Source of the DNA: the human T2T-CHM13v2.0 reference genome, Homo sapiens
Length of the DNA: 64,000 nt
Reading direction: 5' to 3' (one strand)
Assembly (NCBI RefSeq): GCF_009914755.1
Contig: NC_060948.1
This document shows, one piece after another, positions 42,077 through 56,369 of the stretch. Each line of letters starts with the position of its first letter. Within the stretch, counting starts at the first letter, position 1. Position numbers and translations under genes: made by a program. Below the pieces are notes generated by a model. It worked only from the letters and a program-made list of their open reading frames with translations. It was not told where the DNA came from and did no database searches.

Positions 42077-43130
42077 AGACAGAGAGAGAAAGAAAAGAGA
42101 AGAGAGAGAGAAAGAAGACAGAAAGACAGAGAGAGAGAAGAGAGAAAGAGAGAGGAGAGAAGAGAGAGAGGAGAGAGAGAAGACAGACAGAGAAGAGAGA
42201 GAAAAGAGAGAGAGAAGAGAGAGAAGAGAGAGGACAGAGAGAAAGAGAGAGAGGAGAGAGAGAAAGACAGAGACAGAAGAGAGAGAAAGAGAGAAGACAG
42301 AGAGAAAGAGAGAGAGGAGAGAGAGAAAGACAGAGAGAGAGAAGATAGAGAGAGAGAAGACAGAGAGAAGACAGACAGAGAGAGAGAAAGACAGAGAGAG
42401 AGAAGAGAGAGAAAGACAGAGAGAAGACAGAGAGAGAGAGAAAGACAGAGAGAAGACAGAGAGAGAAAGACAGAGAGAGAGAAGATAGAGAGAGAGAAGA
42501 CAGAGAAGACAGAGAGAGAGAGAAAGACAGAGAGAGAGAAGAGAGAGAAAGACAGAGAGAAGACAGAGAGAGAGAAAGACAGAGAGAAGACAGAGAGAGA
42601 GAGAAAGAGAGAGAGAGAAGACAGAGAGAGAAGAGAGAGAGAAAGAGAAAGACAGAGAGAGAGAGGACAGAGATAGAAAGAGAGACAGAGAAGACAGAGA
42701 GAGAGAGAAAGACAGAGAGAGAAGAGAGAGAAAGAGAGAGAGAGAAAGACAGAGAGAGAAGAGAGAGAAAGACAGAGAGCGAGAGAAAGACAGAGAGAGA
42801 AGAGAGAGAGAAAGACAGAGAGAGAGAAGACAGAGAGAGAGAAAGAGAGCGAGAAGAGAGAGAGAAAGACAGAGAGAGAGAGAAAGAGAGAGAAGACAGA
42901 GAGAGAAGAGAGAGAGAAGACAGAAAGACACAGAGAGAGAGAAGACAGAGAGAGAGAAAAAGTCAGAGAGAGAAGACAGAGAGAGAGAAAAAGACAGACA
43001 GAGAAGACAGAGAGAGAGAAAAAGACAGAGAGAAGACAGACAGAAAGAGAGAGAAGAGAGAGAGAAGACAGAGACAGAAAGCGAGAGAAAGACAGAGAGA
43101 GAAAGTCAGAGAGAAGAGAGAGAGAGAGCA
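41925..43130. repeat. Complex (GA/GACA)n polypurine array
   Basis: Direct inspection. Confidence 0.97.
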
Positions 43131-43399
43131 AATGACTTATTCCTTAAAACGTACCTAATTCACATAGAAAAAGCCAGATTATTTGATAAAGTGGGCCAGT
43201 CTCAGAGTTCCTTCCTCTTCGCAGCCATCCTAAGCGCGTTCCTCGAGTTTCCCCCCAGCAGGTGCGTTCTAGAAAGCGCTGGTCAGGACGCATGGCTGCC
43301 CCATAGATTTCTTGGGGACGGGAGTGAGAGACGCCTGGACGCCCAAGCGGAAGCCTCCAGCCTCCAAGGTCCTACAACAGATACAGCAGCTACTGAGTC

Positions 43400-44280
43400 T
43401 CCTCTCTGGTTTCTTTTCCGCCCCTGGGGAGAGAAAAGAGAAGGGGAGAAACGTCACCACCAGCAACTGCTCCCAGCCAGCAAGACGCACGGCGGGGAGG
43501 CCGGGGCTGGCCGCGTCCTGCAGCTCCTGAGCTGCGTGTCTGAGCTTTTCCCAGCCCCGCCTGCGTCTCCAGGGGCGAAATAAGAAGCAAATCTTGCTGG
43601 GACCGAGTTCAGGTCGAGGAACTCCGGGACCCTCTGCAGCCTCAGCCCTGCCGCGCTCCCCGCAGCTTCGGGCCTGTTGCGGGGAGTTGGGGAGGAATTC
43701 AGGGAAGGGGGGAACCAGGCCGGGATAAGAGGCTCCGGCTTGCTGTGGGCTGCATGAGGGGGTGCAAAGGCGAGCAGAAGCCCCTGGGATCCTTGGCTCG
43801 TCTGCTGCGGGACCCCCAGCCCCGGCGGGCGGACCGCGGAGAGCGCTGTCCCGGATCCGGAGATTCGCTTTTCCTTTGCGACTGCGGGGCTGGCGCGCGC
43901 GCGCGAGGGGTCAGCACCCTGGGCATTGGGGTCAATGCAACCAGGGCAGGTCCCTGGGGGGCCCCCAGGAGCCAATAGGGGTCTTCGAGTCACCCTGCGG
44001 CCGCCTGCTTTTTCCCGGGTCCTGAGAACAGGGGCTCCCCACACTTTTTTTTTTTTTTTGGTTTTGTTTTATTTCGTTTCCGCGCGTCTCTTTCTACTGC
44101 AAACAGAAATGGGAGGGTGGACAGGCGGGTAGGAGCGGATCAGACGCCCAGGACGCAGCAGCCCGAGTCCGCACAGGGTTTGCGGGACGTGGTGACCGCG
44201 CTGGGGACGCCAGGACGCGAATGAACCTCCGGGGCGCGCTCGGGGCCTGCGCTCAGAGCTTGGTGAGCTCGGTTTTGGAA
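43400..44280. promoter_or_regulatory. SHOX: CpG island / SHOX promoter P1 (CCAAT 43972-43976)
   Basis: High GC and CpG density around exon 1. Confidence 0.75.
44003..44262 (+). other. SHOX: SHOX non-coding exon 1 (promoter P1 transcripts)
   Basis: In CpG island, donor TTG/gtgagc after 44262; sequence and size agree with recalled SHOX 5' UTR; 5' end approximate. Confidence 0.85.
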
Positions 44281-44529
44281 CTTTCCTTTTCTTTTCCAGA
44301 AAGCTTTGCCTTCTTTCCTTTCTTCGTTCCTTCCTTCCTTCCTTCCTCTCTTCCTCTTTCTTTTCTTTCTTTCTTTCTTTCTTTCTTTCTTTTCTTTCTT
44401 CCTTTCACTTGGCAAGATTGGTTTTGGAGCTTTCCTTTTCTTTTCCAGAAAGCTTTGCCTTCTTTCCTTCCTTCGTTCTTTCCTTCCTTCCTTCCTCTCT
44501 TCCTCTTTCTTTCTTTTCTTTCTTTCTTT

Positions 44530-44579
<50 letters not shown>

Positions 44580-44960
44580 TTTCTTTCTTTCTTTCTTTCT
44601 TTTCTTTCTTTCACTTGGCAAGATTGCTTTTGGAGCTTTCCTTTTCTTTTCCAGAAAGCTTTTTCCTTCCTTCCCTCCTTCCTTCCTTCTCTCCCTCCCT
44701 CCTTTCCTTTCCTCCCTCTGTTCCTTCCCTCCCTCCCTCCTTCTCTCCCTCCCTCCCTCCTTCTCTCCCTCCCTCCCTCCTTCCCTTTCTTTCTTCTTTC
44801 TTTCTTTCTCTTTCTTTTTCCTTTCTCTTTCATTTCTTTCCTCTTCCTTCCCCCATCCTCCCCCTTCATCGTCCCTCCTCCTCCTCCTTCTCCTCCTCCT
44901 CCTCCTCCTTCTTCCTCCTCCTCCTCCTTCTACTCCTTTTCCTCCTCTTCCCTCTGCCAT
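44270..44960. repeat. Pyrimidine-rich repeat with triplicated unit ttttggagctttccttttcttttccagaaagcttt
   Basis: Copies at ~44272, 44422, 44628. Confidence 0.92.
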
Positions 44961-45134
44961 TTGTCTCTTTCCCCTTTGCGTTTTTATTCGCAGTCGTTGT
45001 TTTTGTCCATCCACTAACTTCTCTGAAACCTGATTCTTTTGGGACGCTTGGCAAAAGGCATTTCATACAGGGAGGCGGTCACATACGCTAACAAGACACG
45101 GTGAAAAGTCTCTTCTCATCGGCTTGGTGTGCTG

Positions 45135-46575
45135 CTCTCTTCTCTCTCTCGCTGTCTCTCTCTGTCTGTCTCTCTGTCCCCTGTCTGTCTCTATTTTTCT
45201 CTGTCTATCTCTGTATCTCTGTCTCTCTCTTTCTCTCCTCTGTCTCTCTGTATCTCTGTCCATCTCTGTCTCTCTTTCTCTCTCTCCTCTCTCTCTTTTT
45301 CTCTGTCTCTGTCTGTATCTCTATCTCTGTCTCTCTTTCTCTCTGTCTTCGTTCCTCTCTCTCTTTTTTTCTCTCTTCCTCTGTCTCTCTTTCTATCTCT
45401 GTCTCTCTCTCTCTCTCCTCTCTCTCTGTCTCTTTTTCTCTGTCTCTGTCTGTATCTCTGTCTGTCTCTGTCTCTCTTTCTCTCCTCTCTCTGTATCTCT
45501 GTCTCTGTCTCTCTTTCTCTCCTCTCTTTTTCTCTGTCTCTGTATCTCTGTCTATCTCTGTCTCTCTTTCTCTCTCTCCTCTCTCTCTTTCTCTGTCTCT
45601 GTCTGTATCTCTATCTCTGTCTCTCTTTCTCTCTGTCTTCGTTCCTCTCTCTCTTTTTCTCTTTCTCTGTATCTCTATCTCTGTCTCTCTTTCTCTCTCT
45701 CCTCTCTCTCTGTCTCTTTTTCTCTGTCTCTCTCTGTGTCTCTACCTCTGTCTCTCTCTCTCCTCTCTTTTTCTCTGTCTCTGTCTGTATCTCTGGCTAT
45801 CTCTGTCTCTCTCTCTCCTCTCTCTCTTTCTCTGTCTCTGTCTGTATCTCTATCTCTGTCTCTCTTTCTCTCTGTCTTTGTTCCTCTCTTTTTTCTCTTT
45901 CTCTGTATCTCTGTCTATCTCTGTCTCTCTTTCTCTCTCTCCTCTCTCTCTGTCTCTTTTTCTCTGTCTCTCTCTGTGTCTCTACCTCTGTCTCTCTTTC
46001 TCTCCTCTCTTTTTCTCTGTCTCTGTCTGTATCTCTGTCTGTCTCTGTCTCTCTCTCTCCTCTCTCTCTTTCTCTGTCTCTGTCTCTCTTTCTCTCCTCT
46101 CTCTGTATCTCTGTCTCTGTCTCTCTTTCTCTCCTCTCTCTCTTTTTCTCTGTCTCTGTATCTCTGTCTATCTCTGTCTCTCTTTCTCTCTCTCATCTCT
46201 CTCTGTCTCTTTTTCTCTGTCTCTCTCTGTGTCTCTACCTCTGTCTCTCTTTCTCTCCTCTCTTTTTCTCTGTCTCTGTATCTCTATCTCTGTCTCTCTT
46301 TCTCTCTCTCCTCTCTCTCTTTTTCTGTCTCTGTCTCTCTGTCTGTCTCTGTCTCTCTTTGTCTCTCTCCTCTCTGTCTCTTTTTCTCTGTCTCTCTCTG
46401 TGTCTCTACCTGTGTCTCTCTTTCCTCTCTCTTTTTCTCTCTCTGTCTGTATCTCTGTCTACCTCTGTCTCTCTCTCTCTCCTCTCTCTCTGTCTCTTTT
46501 TCTCTGTCTTTCTGTCTCTCTATCTCTGTGACTCTTTCCCTCTCTCCTCTCTCTTTTTCTCTCTCTCCCTGTCTC
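45135..46575. repeat. Complex (CT/CTGT)n array, intron 1
   Basis: Direct inspection. Confidence 0.97.
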
Positions 46576-47524
46576 AGGGAAGCATCAGTAAAACCTCCAA
46601 CAAGCACCCCCTTGTACACAGCCCAGGCCAAGAGAGGTGCAGACCCTGCTTTCTGCCTGCAGCCGCCTGCTGTAAAATGTCAATGCAAAACATTTCATAC
46701 AGTCCACCCACTCTGCAGACTGGAGCTGCGGCCTCTCGGACAGCGTCTTGAATTTGCAACGAAAAACGTGTGGGGTAGAAAAAGCTCTCGTCTGGATTTC
46801 TAACATGTTATCAAGCACTCAAACGCTGGGTGTTTCCTGCCTGTCTTTAAAGGGAAGGGCAGGGAGAGAACGTAAAAGCTCTGGTCAGAGAAGGGAAAGG
46901 TCTTTAGGTGAGAGGGGTGAGGCCGCCTCCGTGCTCATCCCACAGGAAGAGTTGGAGTTTTACAGAAAGATGAGATCTCTTTCGCGTAGCCAGAAACTCT
47001 TAGGAAAAGCGGGGTGTTGGAAAGGCAGAAAGTGTGCCATGAATCGGACGTGCGTGATTTCAAAGCCACTTGTCTGCAGTGAGAATTACAATTGGGGCTT
47101 CAGTTGAAAAAGGGCCTTTGCTTTTTCTCCGAGGCCGAGGGGCCTTGAATAGCCACACAGCTCCTGACTGGTGTCCCCATGCTCATTCCTGGAGGCTCGG
47201 AGACCCTGGTAGAGCGGAGTTTCCTACTAGACAAAGGGGTCCAGATTGCGGCCCAAGAAGGAACCTCAGGTCGGGGAAAGCCTGGGCCTCACGGGACCCC
47301 CCAGGAAAGCCTGGTCCTTGGGGTTGGAGAAGACAGCTGAGCTGGGAGGACGGAGGGTTTTCGGTAGGGAGACAGTGAGCAGCTGTGAGAGGTTTACGGC
47401 GCAGTCCCTGGGGACCCAGTTTCCCAGCAGAGGCAGAGATGGGGAGGCCTTTAGAAGCAGAAAAGTTACCCGGCCTCTGAGGACCCAGAAAGTTGCTCTA
47501 AGCCAGAGACCCTTCTCCGAATCT

Positions 47525-48900
47525 CCCTCTCTGTCTGTCTCTGCCTCTCTCCCTCTTTCTCTTCCCCCTCCCTGTCTCCCTCTCTGTGTCTCTGCCTCTC
47601 TTTGTCTCTCTCTGTATCTCTATCTGTGTCTCTCTTTTTCTCTCTCCATCTCTCTGTCTCTCCGTTTCTCTCTTTCTCTCTCCCTCTCTCTCCCTGTCCG
47701 TGTCGCTCTTTCTCTCTCTCCATCTCCCAGTCTCTCCCTTTCTCTCTCTCTCCATCTCTCCCTGTCTCTCTCTTTCTCTGTCTCCATCTCTTTCTCTGTC
47801 TCTCCTTGTCTCTCTCTTTCTCTCTCTCCATCTCTCTCTGTCTCTCCCTGTCTGTTTCTCTCTCTCCATCTGTCTGTCTCTCCCTTTCTCTCTCTCTGTC
47901 TCTCCCTCTCTCTCCCTGTCTGTGTCTCTCTTTCTCTCTCTCCATCTCTCTCTGTCTCTCCCTGTGTTTCTCTCTCTCCATCTCTCTCTGTCTCTCCCTG
48001 TCTGTTTCTCTCTCTCCATCTGTCTGTCTCTCTCTTTCTCTCTCTATCTCTCCCTCTCTCTCCCTGTCTGTGTCTCTCTTTCTCTCTCTCCATCTCTCTC
48101 TGTCTCTCCCTGTGTTTCTCTCTCTCCATCTCTCTCTGTCTCTCCCTGTGTTTCTCTCTCTCCATCTCTCTCTGTCTCTCCCTGTCTGTTTCTCTCTCTC
48201 CATCTGTCTGTGTCTCTCTTTCTCTCTCTCTATCTCTCCCTCTCTCTCCCTGTCTGTGTCTCTCTTTCTCTCTCTCCATCTCTCTCTGTCTCTCCCTGTG
48301 TTTCTCTCTCTCCATCTCTCTCTGTCTCTCCCTGTCTGTTTCTCTCTCTCCATCTGTCTGTCTCTCTCTTTCTCTCTCTCTATCTCTCCCTCTCTCTCCC
48401 TGTCTGTGTCTCTCTTTCTCTCTCTCCATCTCTCTCTGTCTCTCCCTGTGTGTTTCTCTATCTCCATCTCTCTGTCTCTCCCTTTCTCTCTCTCTGTCTC
48501 TCCCTCTCTCTCCCTGTCTGTGTCTCTCTTTCTCTCTCTCCATCTCTCTCTGTCTCTCCCTGTGTTTCTCTCTCTCCATCTCTCTCCGTCTCTCCCTGTC
48601 TGTCTCTTTCTCTGTCTCCATCTCTCTCTGTCTCTCCTTGACTCTCTTTCTCTCTGTCTCCATGTCTCTGTCTCTCCCTGTCTGTGTCTCTCTTTCTCTC
48701 TCCATCTCTCTCCGTCTTTCCCCCTCTGTCTCTTTCTCTGTCTCCATCCCTCTGTCTCTCCCTTTCTCTCTGTCTTTCCTTGTCTCTCTCTTTCTCTCTC
48801 TCTCTCCATCTCTCTCTCTCCCTGTCTCTCTCTCTCCATCTCCCCGTCTCTCCGTTTCTCTCTCTGCCTCTCCCTGTCTGTCTCTCTCTTTCTGTGTCTT
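47525..48900. repeat. Complex (CT)n array with higher-order unit, intron 1
   Basis: tctctccatctctctctgtctctccctgt repeated. Confidence 0.97.
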
Positions 48901-49767
48901 ACACACACCCCAACCCACCGTCACTCATGTCCCCCCACTGCTGTGCCATCTCACACAAGTTCACAGCTCAGCTGTCATCCTGGGTCCCCAGGCCCCGCCG
49001 GGGAGGAAGATGCGCCGTGGGGTTACGGGAGGAAGGGGACTCCGGGCCTCCTGGTGCCCCACTTTATTTGCAGAAGGTCCTTGGCAGGAACCGTGACGCG
49101 TTTGGTTTCCAGGACTTGGAAAACGAATTTCAGGTCGCGATGGCGAGCACCGGCTTCCCCTGAAGCACATTCAATAGCGAGAGGCGGGAGGGAGCGAGCA
49201 GGAGCATCCCACCATGAAAACCAAAAACACAAGTATTTTTTTCACCCGGTAAATACCCCAGACGCCAGGGTGACAGCGCGGCGCTAAGGGAGGAGGCCTC
49301 GCGCCGGGGTCCGCCGGGATCTGGCGCGGGCGGAAAGAATATAGATCTTTACGAACCGGATCTCCCGGGGACCTGGGCTTCTTTCTGCGGGCGCTGGAGA
49401 CCCGGGAGGCGGCCCCGGGGATCCTCGGCCTCCGCCGCCGCCGCCTCCCAAGCGCCCGCGTCCCGGTTTGGGGACACCCGGCCCCTTCTTCTCACTTTCG
49501 GGGATTCTCCAGCCGCGTTCCATCTCACCAACTCTCCATCCAAGGGCGCGCCGCCACCAACTTGGAGCTCATCTTCTCCCAAGATCGTGCGTCCCCGGGG
49601 CGCCCGGGTCCCCCCCCTCGCCATCTCAACCCCGGCGCGACCCGGGCGCTTCCTGGAAAGATCCAGGCGCCGGGCTCTGCGCTCCTCCCGGGAGCGAGGG
49701 CGGCCGGACGACTGGGACCCTCCTCTCTCCAGCCGTGAACTCCTTGTCTCTCTGTCTCTCTCTGCAG

Positions 49768-50595
<828 letters not shown>

Positions 50596-50624
50596 TAAGG
50601 CCCGGGCCGTCAGGCTTTGCCTAA

Positions 50625-51140
<516 letters not shown>

Positions 51141-53289
51141 TGACGGCTTAGGATGTGTGTTTCTGTCTCTGCCTGTCTGCCTTGTATTTACGGTCACCCA
51201 GACGCACAGAGGAGCCGTCTCCACGCGCCTTCCCAGCGCTCAGCGCCTGCCGGGCCCCCGGAGATCACGGGAAGACTCGAGGCTGCGTGGTAGGAGACGG
51301 GAAGGCCCCGGGTCAGCTCGGTTCTGTTTCCTTTAAGGAACCCTTCATTATTATTTCATTGTTTTCCTTTGAACGTCGAGGCTTGATCTTGGCGAAAGCT
51401 GTTGGGTCCATAAAAACCACTCCCGTGAGCGGAGGTGGCCGGGATCTGGATGGGGCGCGAGGGGCCCCGGGGAAGCTGGCGGCTTCGCGGGCGCGTCCTA
51501 AGTCAAGGTTGTCAGAGCGCAGCCGGTTGTGCGCGGCCCGGGGGAGCTCCCCTCTGGCCCTTCCTCCTGAGACCTCAGTGGTGGGTCGTCCCGTGGTGGA
51601 AATCGGGGAGTAAGAGGCTCAGAGAGAGGGGCTGGCCCCGGGGATCTCTGTGCACACACGACAACTGGGCGGCATACATCTTAAGAATAAAATGGGCTGG
51701 CTGTGTCGGGGCACAGCTGGAGACGGCTATGGACGCCTGTTATGTTTTCATTACAAAGACGCAGAGAATCTAGCCTCGGCTTTTGCTGATTCGCAGAGTT
51801 GAGGTGCGAGGGTGAATGCCCCAAAGGTAATTCTTCCTAAGACTCTGGGGCTACCTGCTCTCCGGGGCCCTGCATTTGGGGTGTGGAGTGGCCCCGGGAA
51901 ATAGCCCTTGTATTCGTAGGAGGCACCAGGCAGCTTCCCAAGGCCCTGACTTTGTCGAAGCAGAAAGCTGTGGCTACGGTTTACAAAGCAGTCCCCGGTT
52001 TCTGACCGTCTAAGAGGCAGGAGCCCAGCCTGCCTTTGACAGTGAGAGGAGTTCCTCCCTACACACTGCTGCGGGCACCCGGCACTGTAATTCATACACA
52101 GAGAGTTGGCCTTCCTGGACGCAAGGCTGGGAGCCGCTTGAGGGCCTGCGTGTAATTTAAGAGGGTTCGCAGCGCCCGGCGGCCGCTTCTGTGGGGTTGC
52201 TTTTTGGTTGTCCTTCGCAGACACCGTTTTGCTCCTCTGAACTCTCTCTTCTCCCCCTGGCCGTGGACCCGGGAGAGCAAAGTGTCCTCCAGACCTTTCG
52301 AAAGTGAGAGGAAAATAAAGACCAGGCCAAAGACCCAGGGCCACAGGAGAGGAGACAGAGAGTCCCCGTTACATTTTCCCCTTGGCTGGGTGCAGAAAGA
52401 CCCCCGGGCCAGGACTGCCACCCAGGCTACTATTTATTCATCAGATCCAAGTTAAATCGAGGTTGGAGGGCAGGGGAGAGTCTGAGGTTACCGTGGAAGC
52501 CTGGAGTTTTTGGGAACAGCGTGTCCCCGCCGAGCCTGGGAGCCCGTGGGTTCTGCAAAGCCTGCGGGTGTTTGAGGACTTTGAAGACCAGTTTGTCAGT
52601 TGGGCTCAATTCCTGGGGTTCAGACTTAGAGAAATGAAGGAGGGAGAGCTGGGGTCGTCTCCAGGAAACGATTCACTTGGGGAGAAGGAATGGAGTGTTC
52701 TTGCAGGCACGTGTCTGATAGGAGGTGAAACAGAATGTGAAATCCACGTTGGAGTAAGCGTCCAGCGCTGAATGTAGCTCGGGGTGGGGTGGGAGGGCCC
52801 TGGTGTGGATCGTGGAAGGAAGAAAGACAGAACAGGGTGCTAGTATTTACCCCGTTCCCTGTAGACACCCTGGATTTGTCAGCTTTGCAAGCTTCTTGGT
52901 TGCAGCGGCCTTGCCTGTGCCCCTTTGAGACTGTTTCCAGACTAAACTTCCAAATGTCAGCCCCTTACCCTTGACAGCAAGGGACATCTCATTAGGGCAT
53001 CGCGTGCTTCTCATCTGTGCTCAGCAGGCCCGAGATAGGAACAGAGGGGCGTTGGAGATGCCACTTCCACCAGCCCTGGGTTGAAGGGGAGCGAGGGAGA
53101 CACCTTTTACTTAAACCCCTGAGCTTGGTCAGAGAGGCTGAATGTCTAAAATGAGGAAGAAAAGGTTTTTCACCTGGAAACGCTTGAGGGCTGAGTCTTC
53201 TGCCCTTCTGACTCCCCCAGCAAATACAGACAGGTCACCAACTACTGGAGATGAGAAAGTGCCATTTTTGGCACACTCTGGTGGGGTAG

Positions 53290-54300
53290 GTGCCCGACCG
53301 CGTGTGAAAAAGTGGGAAGGAGAGATTTCTGCGCACGCGGTTCAGCCCCCAGGCGCGGTGGCGCATTCAGGTACTCAGACGCGGTTCTGCTGTTCTGCTG
53401 AGAAACAGGCTTCGGGTAGGGGCTCCTAGCTCCGCCAGATCGCGGAGGGACCCCCAGCCCTCCTGCGCTGCAGCGGTGGGGATAGCGTCTCTCCGTAGGC
53501 CTAGAATCTGCAACCCGCCCCGGGTCCTCCCCGTGTCCTTCCCGGGCGTCCCGCCGGGGATCCCACAGTTGGCAGCTCTTCCTCAAATTCTTTCCCTTAA
53601 AAATAGGATTTGACACCCCACTCTCCTTAAAAAAAAAAATAAGAAAAAAAGGTTAGGTTATGTCAACAGAGGTGAAGTGGATAATTGAGGAAACGATTCT
53701 GAGATGAGGCCAAGAAAACAACGCTCGTGCAAAGCCCAGGTTTTTGGGAAAGCAGCGAGTATCCTCCTCGGCTTTTGCCTTATGGACCCCACGCAGTTTT
53801 TGCGTCAAAGCGCATTGGTTTTCGAGGGCCCCCTTTCCACCGCGGGATGCACGAAGGGGTTCGCCACGTTGCGCAAAACCTCCCCGGCCTCAGCCCTGTG
53901 CCCTCCGCTCCCCACGCAGGGATTTATGAATGCAAAGAGAAGCGCGAGGACGTGAAGTCGGAGGACGAGGACGGGCAGACCAAGCTGAAACAGAGGCGCA
54001 GCCGCACCAACTTCACGCTGGAGCAGCTGAACGAGCTCGAGCGACTCTTCGACGAGACCCATTACCCCGACGCCTTCATGCGCGAGGAGCTCAGCCAGCG
54101 CCTGGGGCTCTCCGAGGCGCGCGTGCAGGTAGGAACCCGGGGGCGGGGGCGGGGGGCCCGGAGCCATCGCCTGGTCCTCGGGAGCGCACAGCACGCGTAC
54201 AGCCACCTGCGCCCGGGCCGCCGCCGTCCCCTTCCCGGAGCGCGGGGAGGTTGGGTGAGGGACGGGCTGCGGTTCCTGGACTTTTGGAGACGCCTGAGGC
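53290..54300. promoter_or_regulatory. CpG island spanning exon 3
   Basis: Dense CpG. Confidence 0.75.
53920..54128 (+). CDS. SHOX: SHOX exon 3, homeodomain helices 1-2 ([46 protein letters not shown])
   Basis: cccacgcag acceptor, CAG/gtagga donor, 209 nt, phase compatible with exon 2; paired-like homeodomain. Confidence 0.99.
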
Positions 54301-55419
54301 CTGTAGGATGGGTTCATTGCGTTTGTTTTTCACCAACAGCAAACAAATATATATACATATATATTATACAAATAACAAATAAATATATATGTTATACAGA
54401 TGGGTATATCGTATATATTATAGATATTTGTTCGTCCTTGGTGCAAAGACACCCGGTGAACCCATATATTGGCTCCTGACTGCCTTCGGTTCCCCTGGGA
54501 TTGGTTATAGGGGCAACACATGCAAACAAAACTTTCCCTGGATTATACTTAGGAGACGAAGCTACAGATGCGTTTGATCCAGAGTGTTTTACAAGATTTT
54601 TCATTTAAAAAAAAATGTGTCTTTTGGCCCCTGATTCCCCTCCGTCTTCCCGTGTGGCTGCATTGAAAAGGTTTCCTTAGGATGAAAGGAGAGGGGTGTC
54701 CTCTGTCCCTAGGTGGAGAGAAACAGGGTCTTCTCTTTCCTCCGTTTTTTCACCTACCGTTTCTATCTCCCTCCTCCCCTCTCCAGCCCTGTCCTCTGCT
54801 ACAAACCACCCCCTCCTCCCTCCGGCTGTGGGGAGCGCAGGAGCACGTTGGGCATCTGGATGAGCGGAGACTATTAGCGGGGCACGGGGGCTCCCCGAGG
54901 AGCGCGCGAATTCACGCTGCCCCATGAGACCAGGCACCGGGGGGCGGAGGGGCCTTGGGTGTCCGCAGAGGGACGGGCGGGCAGAGCCTTCCTCCGCATT
55001 CTAAACATTCACTTAAAGGTATGAGTTTATTTCAGGGGTGCTGCTGGGAGAGCCTCCAAATGGCTTCTTCCAGCCCCTGCCTGACAGTTCAGCTCCCCTG
55101 GAAGGTCAACTCCTCTAGTCCTTTCTCCTGGTTCTGGGCAGGACAGAAGTGGGGGGAGGGAGAGAGAGAGAGAGAGAGAGAGAGACGGTCAGGATCCCCG
55201 GACCCTGGGGAACCCGTCAAAAATAAATGAAATTAAGATTGCCGACCAGAGAGAGAACCGTGACAAAGCAAACGGCGTTCAAAGCAAAGAGACGAACTGA
55301 AAGCCCGTTCCCGTAGGACTGGTTATGAGGTCAACACATTCAAACACAGCTTGCTCTGGATTTTGCTGAGCAGAGGAAGATACAGATGCATTTGATCCAA
55401 AGTGTGTTACATCTTTCAT

Positions 55420-55935
55420 TATATGTGTGTCTATATATATAAACATATATAAATATATAAACATACATAAATGTATGTAAATATATATAATCTATATACA
55501 TATATAAATATATAAACACATATATAATATATAAATCTATAAACATATATAATATATAAACATAAATATATAAACATATATAATATATAAATATATTAAC
55601 ATATATAAAATATGTATAAATATATATAAACATATAAACATATATAAATATATAAACATATAAATATATAAACATATATAAATATATACAAACATATTGT
55701 ATATATATAAATATATATAAAAACATATATATACATATAAAAATATATATAAACATATATACATATAAAGAAATATATATAAACATATATACATATAAAT
55801 ATACATATATAAACATATATATACATAAAATATATATAAACATATATACATATAAAAATATATATATATTAACATATATATACATATAAAAATATATATA
55901 TTAACATATATATACATATAAAAATATATATATAT
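55420..55935. repeat. (TA/TAAA/CA)n AT-rich tract, intron 3
   Basis: Direct inspection. Confidence 0.95.
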
Positions 55936-56369
55936 TTTTGGCCCCTGATTCCCTTCGGTTCCTGTGGGATGGGTGATTGAGTCAACACATTCAAACACAA
56001 CTTTTCCATCGATGTTGCTTAGGAGATGAGGATACAGATGCGTTTGATGGAGAGGGTTTTACAAGCTCTTTCATTTAAATATATATATATATATATATAT
56101 ATTTTTTGGCTCCTGATTCTCTTCCGTCTTCCCATGTGGCTGCATTTTAAAAGGCTTCCCTAAGATCGTTACGATTAAATCAACCCTCCCCAGGCATCTT
56201 TACCGAGGGCTGTGGTCCCCAAAGCGATACAGCCCAGGAGGGAGAGAGGCTTTGGTGACTTGGAGGAAGGACTGTGTCCCTCCTTAGGGCGTCTGTGGCC
56301 TCAGTGAGGGAAGGAAGCTGCATCAGACAGGGGTTTCCTCGCTGTCCACCCCTCTGGCAGAAGATGGAT

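Noticed and set aside
41695-49287. 400-600 aa L/S- or R/E-rich ORFs
   Set aside because: Translations of GA/CT arrays
53727-54479. 250-aa ORF containing partial homeodomain
   Set aside because: Exon 3 plus intronic read-through, not a separate gene
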